In this document: positions 57,955-60,163 of the stretch, piece by piece
How positions within the stretch are numbered: position 1 is the stretch's first letter
Layout of the letters: every line of letters begins with the position of its first letter
DNA from: Gammaproteobacteria bacterium
GTDB lineage: Bacteria; Pseudomonadota; Gammaproteobacteria; Natronospirales; REEB76
Direction: 5' to 3'
DNA length: 60,163 nt
Assembly (NCBI GenBank): GCA_035691665.1
Contig: DASSIS010000087.1
Location: 1 to 60,163 of the forward strand
Translations under genes and position numbers: made by a program
Notes under the pieces: model-generated
The model's input: only the letters and a program-made list of their open reading frames with translations
Told to the model about the DNA's origin: nothing
Databases searched by the model: none

Positions 57955-60163
57955 GTGAGGTATTTTGTAAAATCCGGACGTCTGTTCCCGAACCCGCGCA
58001 TGGCCGCCGGCATGATCGCGTGCCTATTGCTGACTCTGTCGCTGGCCGTCGCCCACGCCGACACCGGAACGGCCGCCGGCGGCATCACCCTCAACTTCAA
58101 GGATGCGGACATCCGCGAAGTGGCCGCCACCATCGGCCAGATCACCCACAAGAACTTCATCATCGACCCGCGCGTGCAGGGCCGTGTCACCGTGGTGTCC
58201 GCGAAGCCGGTCAACGCCGACGCGGTGTACGCCACCTTCCTCTCGGTGCTGGAGGTGCATGGGCTCGCCGCCGCGCCCGCCGGTGACATGATCAAGATCG
58301 TGCCGTCCCTCGAGGCGCGCCAGATGCCGGGCTACCCGTACAACTCCGGCACACCGGGCGACGCGGTGGTGACCGAGGTCATCCAGATCAACAACGTCTC
58401 GGCCACCCAGCTCGTGCCGGTGCTGCGCCCGCTCATGTCCACCGAGGCGCAGCTCGCCGCCTATCCGCAGTCCAACGTGCTCATCGTCTCGGACCGGGCC
58501 AGCAACGTCACTCGCCTGCTCGACATCATCCAGCGCATCGACCAATCCACCGATAGCGAAGTGGAGGTCATCCCGCTGCAGAACGCGCCGGCGGCGGACA
58601 TGGTGCAGGTGCTGACCTCGCTCATGCAGGCAGACGCCAGCGGCCAGAACGGCTCGCCCATGAAGCTCGTGGCCGACGAACGCACCAACAGCGTGCTCAT
58701 CAGCGGCGACAAGGGAGAGCGCCTCCGGGTCCGCGCCCTGATCGCGCACCTGGACCAGCCCCAGGAGAGCGGCAACACCCAGGTGGTGTACCTGAGCTAT
58801 GCCAAGGCCAAGGACATCGCCGACGAACTCAAAGGCTACATCACCGACCTGCAGAAACAGGCGGGGGGTAAGGCCGCCGCAGGCGGCGGCGGCGCCACCA
58901 GCGACGTCTCCGTGATCCCGGATGAGCGTACCAACGCGCTCGTCATCACCGCACCGCCGAAGGCCATGCGCTCCATGCAGGAAGTGATCGGCAAGCTCGA
59001 CATACGCCGCGCCCAGGTGCTGGTGCAGGCCATCGAGGCCGAGCTCACCTCCGACAAATCCGCCGAACTCGGCGTGACCTGGGTAGCGGATGCGGCCAAC
59101 AACGGCGGCGTCGCCCTGACCGACTTCAGCAACACCGGCGCCAGCATCGCGGGCGTGGCGCAATCCGCCATCGCCGCCAGCAACAGCAGCAGCGGTACCG
59201 GCACCAGCGTCACCGGCTTCACCCCGCCCCAGGGCCTGACGCTCGGAGTGGGCAAGATCGCGAGCGGCGGCTTCAGCTTCGCGGCCCTGATCCGGGCGCT
59301 GTCGGGCGACGGCGAGACCAACATCCTGTCCACGCCGAGCGTGGTGACCCTGGATAACCAGGAGGCCACCATCAAGGTCACCCAGAAGGTGCCCTTCGTC
59401 ACCGGCCAGTACACGGGTGCCACCACCGGCGCCTCCTCCACCGGCAGCGCGGTCATCAACCCCTTCCAGACCGTGGACCGGGAGGACGTGGGCATCACCC
59501 TCAAGATCACGCCGCAGATCAACGAGGGCGATTCGGTGCAGCTCAAGATCGACCAGACGGTCTCCGACCTCACCGCCACCAGCATCGGCGGCCAGCCGGT
59601 GACGGACAACCGCGAGATCACCACCAACATCCTCGCCAAGAGTGGCGAGATCGTGGTGCTGGGCGGGCTCATCGACAACAGCCTCACCGAGTCTGAGCAG
59701 CAGGTACCGGTGCTCGGCAGCATCCCGCTCATCGGCAACCTGTTCAAGTACCGCAGCACCACCAACACCAAACGCAACCTGATGGTGTTCATCCAGCCGA
59801 GCATCCTGCGCGATAGCGAGACCGCGCGGTACTACACCGATGACCGCTACAACTACTTCCGCGATCTGCAGTTGAAGGACCGCAGTTCCGTGCAGCTCAT
59901 GCCCGGCGACCAGCGCCCACTGCTGGATGACTTGCAGAAGACCGACAAGCAACCGCCTCCTGCGCAAGCCGGGACCAGCATGCCTGCCGCCTCGACTCCG
60001 ACTCCGGCGCCGGCGCCGGCGAAGGCCACCGCGCTTCCGGCTCCTGCGGCGGTCAGCCACGAGCCGCCCGCCGCGGCGAAGGTCCCGGTCATCGCGACTC
60101 CGCCTGCCGCTCTGGTGTCTGCGCCTGCACCGGCGACCCATACCCCCGTCACCGTCAGCAACC
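57955..60163 (+). CDS. gspD: type II secretion system secretin GspD (3' end beyond window)
   Basis: Not on the track because it is open at the window end. GTG at 57955 (alternative ATG at 58000). Signal peptide ends LAVAHA. N0 domain ITLNFKDADIREVAATIGQITHKNFIIDPRVQGRVTV. Secretin core VPVLGSIPLIGNLFKYRSTTNTKRNLMVFIQPSIL. Confidence 0.9.
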   Translation, partial: MRYFVKSGRLFPNPRMAAGMIACLLLTLSLAVAHADTGTAAGGITLNFKDADIREVAATIGQITHKNFIIDPRVQGRVTVVSAKPVNADAVYATFLSVLEVHGLAAAPAGDMIKIVPSLEARQMPGYPYNSGTPGDAVVTEVIQINNVSATQLVPVLRPLMSTEAQLAAYPQSNVLIVSDRASNVTRLLDIIQRIDQSTDSEVEVIPLQNAPAADMVQVLTSLMQADASGQNGSPMKLVADERTNSVLISGDKGERLRVRALIAHLDQPQESGNTQVVYLSYAKAKDIADELKGYITDLQKQAGGKAAAGGGGATSDVSVIPDERTNALVITAPPKAMRSMQEVIGKLDIRRAQVLVQAIEAELTSDKSAELGVTWVADAANNGGVALTDFSNTGASIAGVAQSAIAASNSSSGTGTSVTGFTPPQGLTLGVGKIASGGFSFAALIRALSGDGETNILSTPSVVTLDNQEATIKVTQKVPFVTGQYTGATTGASSTGSAVINPFQTVDREDVGITLKITPQINEGDSVQLKIDQTVSDLTATSIGGQPVTDNREITTNILAKSGEIVVLGGLIDNSLTESEQQVPVLGSIPLIGNLFKYRSTTNTKRNLMVFIQPSILRDSETARYYTDDRYNYFRDLQLKDRSSVQLMPGDQRPLLDDLQKTDKQPPPAQAGTSMPAASTPTPAPAPAKATALPAPAAVSHEPPAAAKVPVIATPPAALVSAPAPATHTPVTVSN

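Noticed and set aside
58024-60141. 705-aa minus-strand ORF.
   Set aside because: It is antisense to gspD, whose N0 and secretin motifs are clear on the plus strand. The gspD frame is missing from the track only because it is open at the window end.

Overview
This is a GC-rich segment (by eye roughly mid-60s percent, not computed) that reads as core chromosome of a gammaproteobacterium. I call about 60 protein genes, one intact tRNA-Ser(UGA) and one decayed tandem copy of it.

Gene order:
- fumC (partial)
- purB-lipoprotein-roxA-hypothetical-NUDIX-mnmA-hflD, a tightly packed co-directional block
- acnA
- small envelope genes: beta-barrel OMP, PAP2 phosphatase, exported protein
- sseA, SDR, usp
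- VWA-FHA membrane protein plus YgjP-like metallopeptidase
- MAPEG
- ABC-2 exporter
- mtfA
- MacAB-like module: adaptor, ATPase, two FtsX permeases
- tatD-M20 peptidase-cioAB-small ORF
- NERD-like, DUF962, SirB2
- Rrf2-regulated sufBCDS-sufU-sufT-Rieske operon
- ppa
- virK-like/GT9 LPS genes
- tRNA-Ser with serS-rarA-lolA-ftsK
- ald
- trxB-DUF482-aat-bpt-infA
- clpA-clpS
- CHASE2 nucleotide cyclase
- gspC-gspD (partial)

Two blocks mirror ancient E. coli K-12 neighbourhoods: roxA..purB-hflD-mnmA-nudJ, and clpS-clpA-infA-aat..trxB..ftsK-lolA-rarA-serS.

I found no transposase, integrase, phage gene, CRISPR array or recognisable defence gene, and no convincing novel multi-gene system.

The most unusual items:
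- a tRNA-Ser pseudogene with a four-hairpin insert exactly in its T-loop
- related GC-rich hairpin clusters in other intergenic regions
- a 15-codon fossil of a paralogous cyclase C-terminus that differs from the live gene mainly by synonymous changes
- a signal-peptide/VWA/TM/FHA protein
- a FemAB-like GNAT gene sitting next to aat-bpt

All family calls come from motif recognition by eye and memory of families, not from searches. Many long ORFs on the track are antisense or off-frame artefacts of the high GC content.
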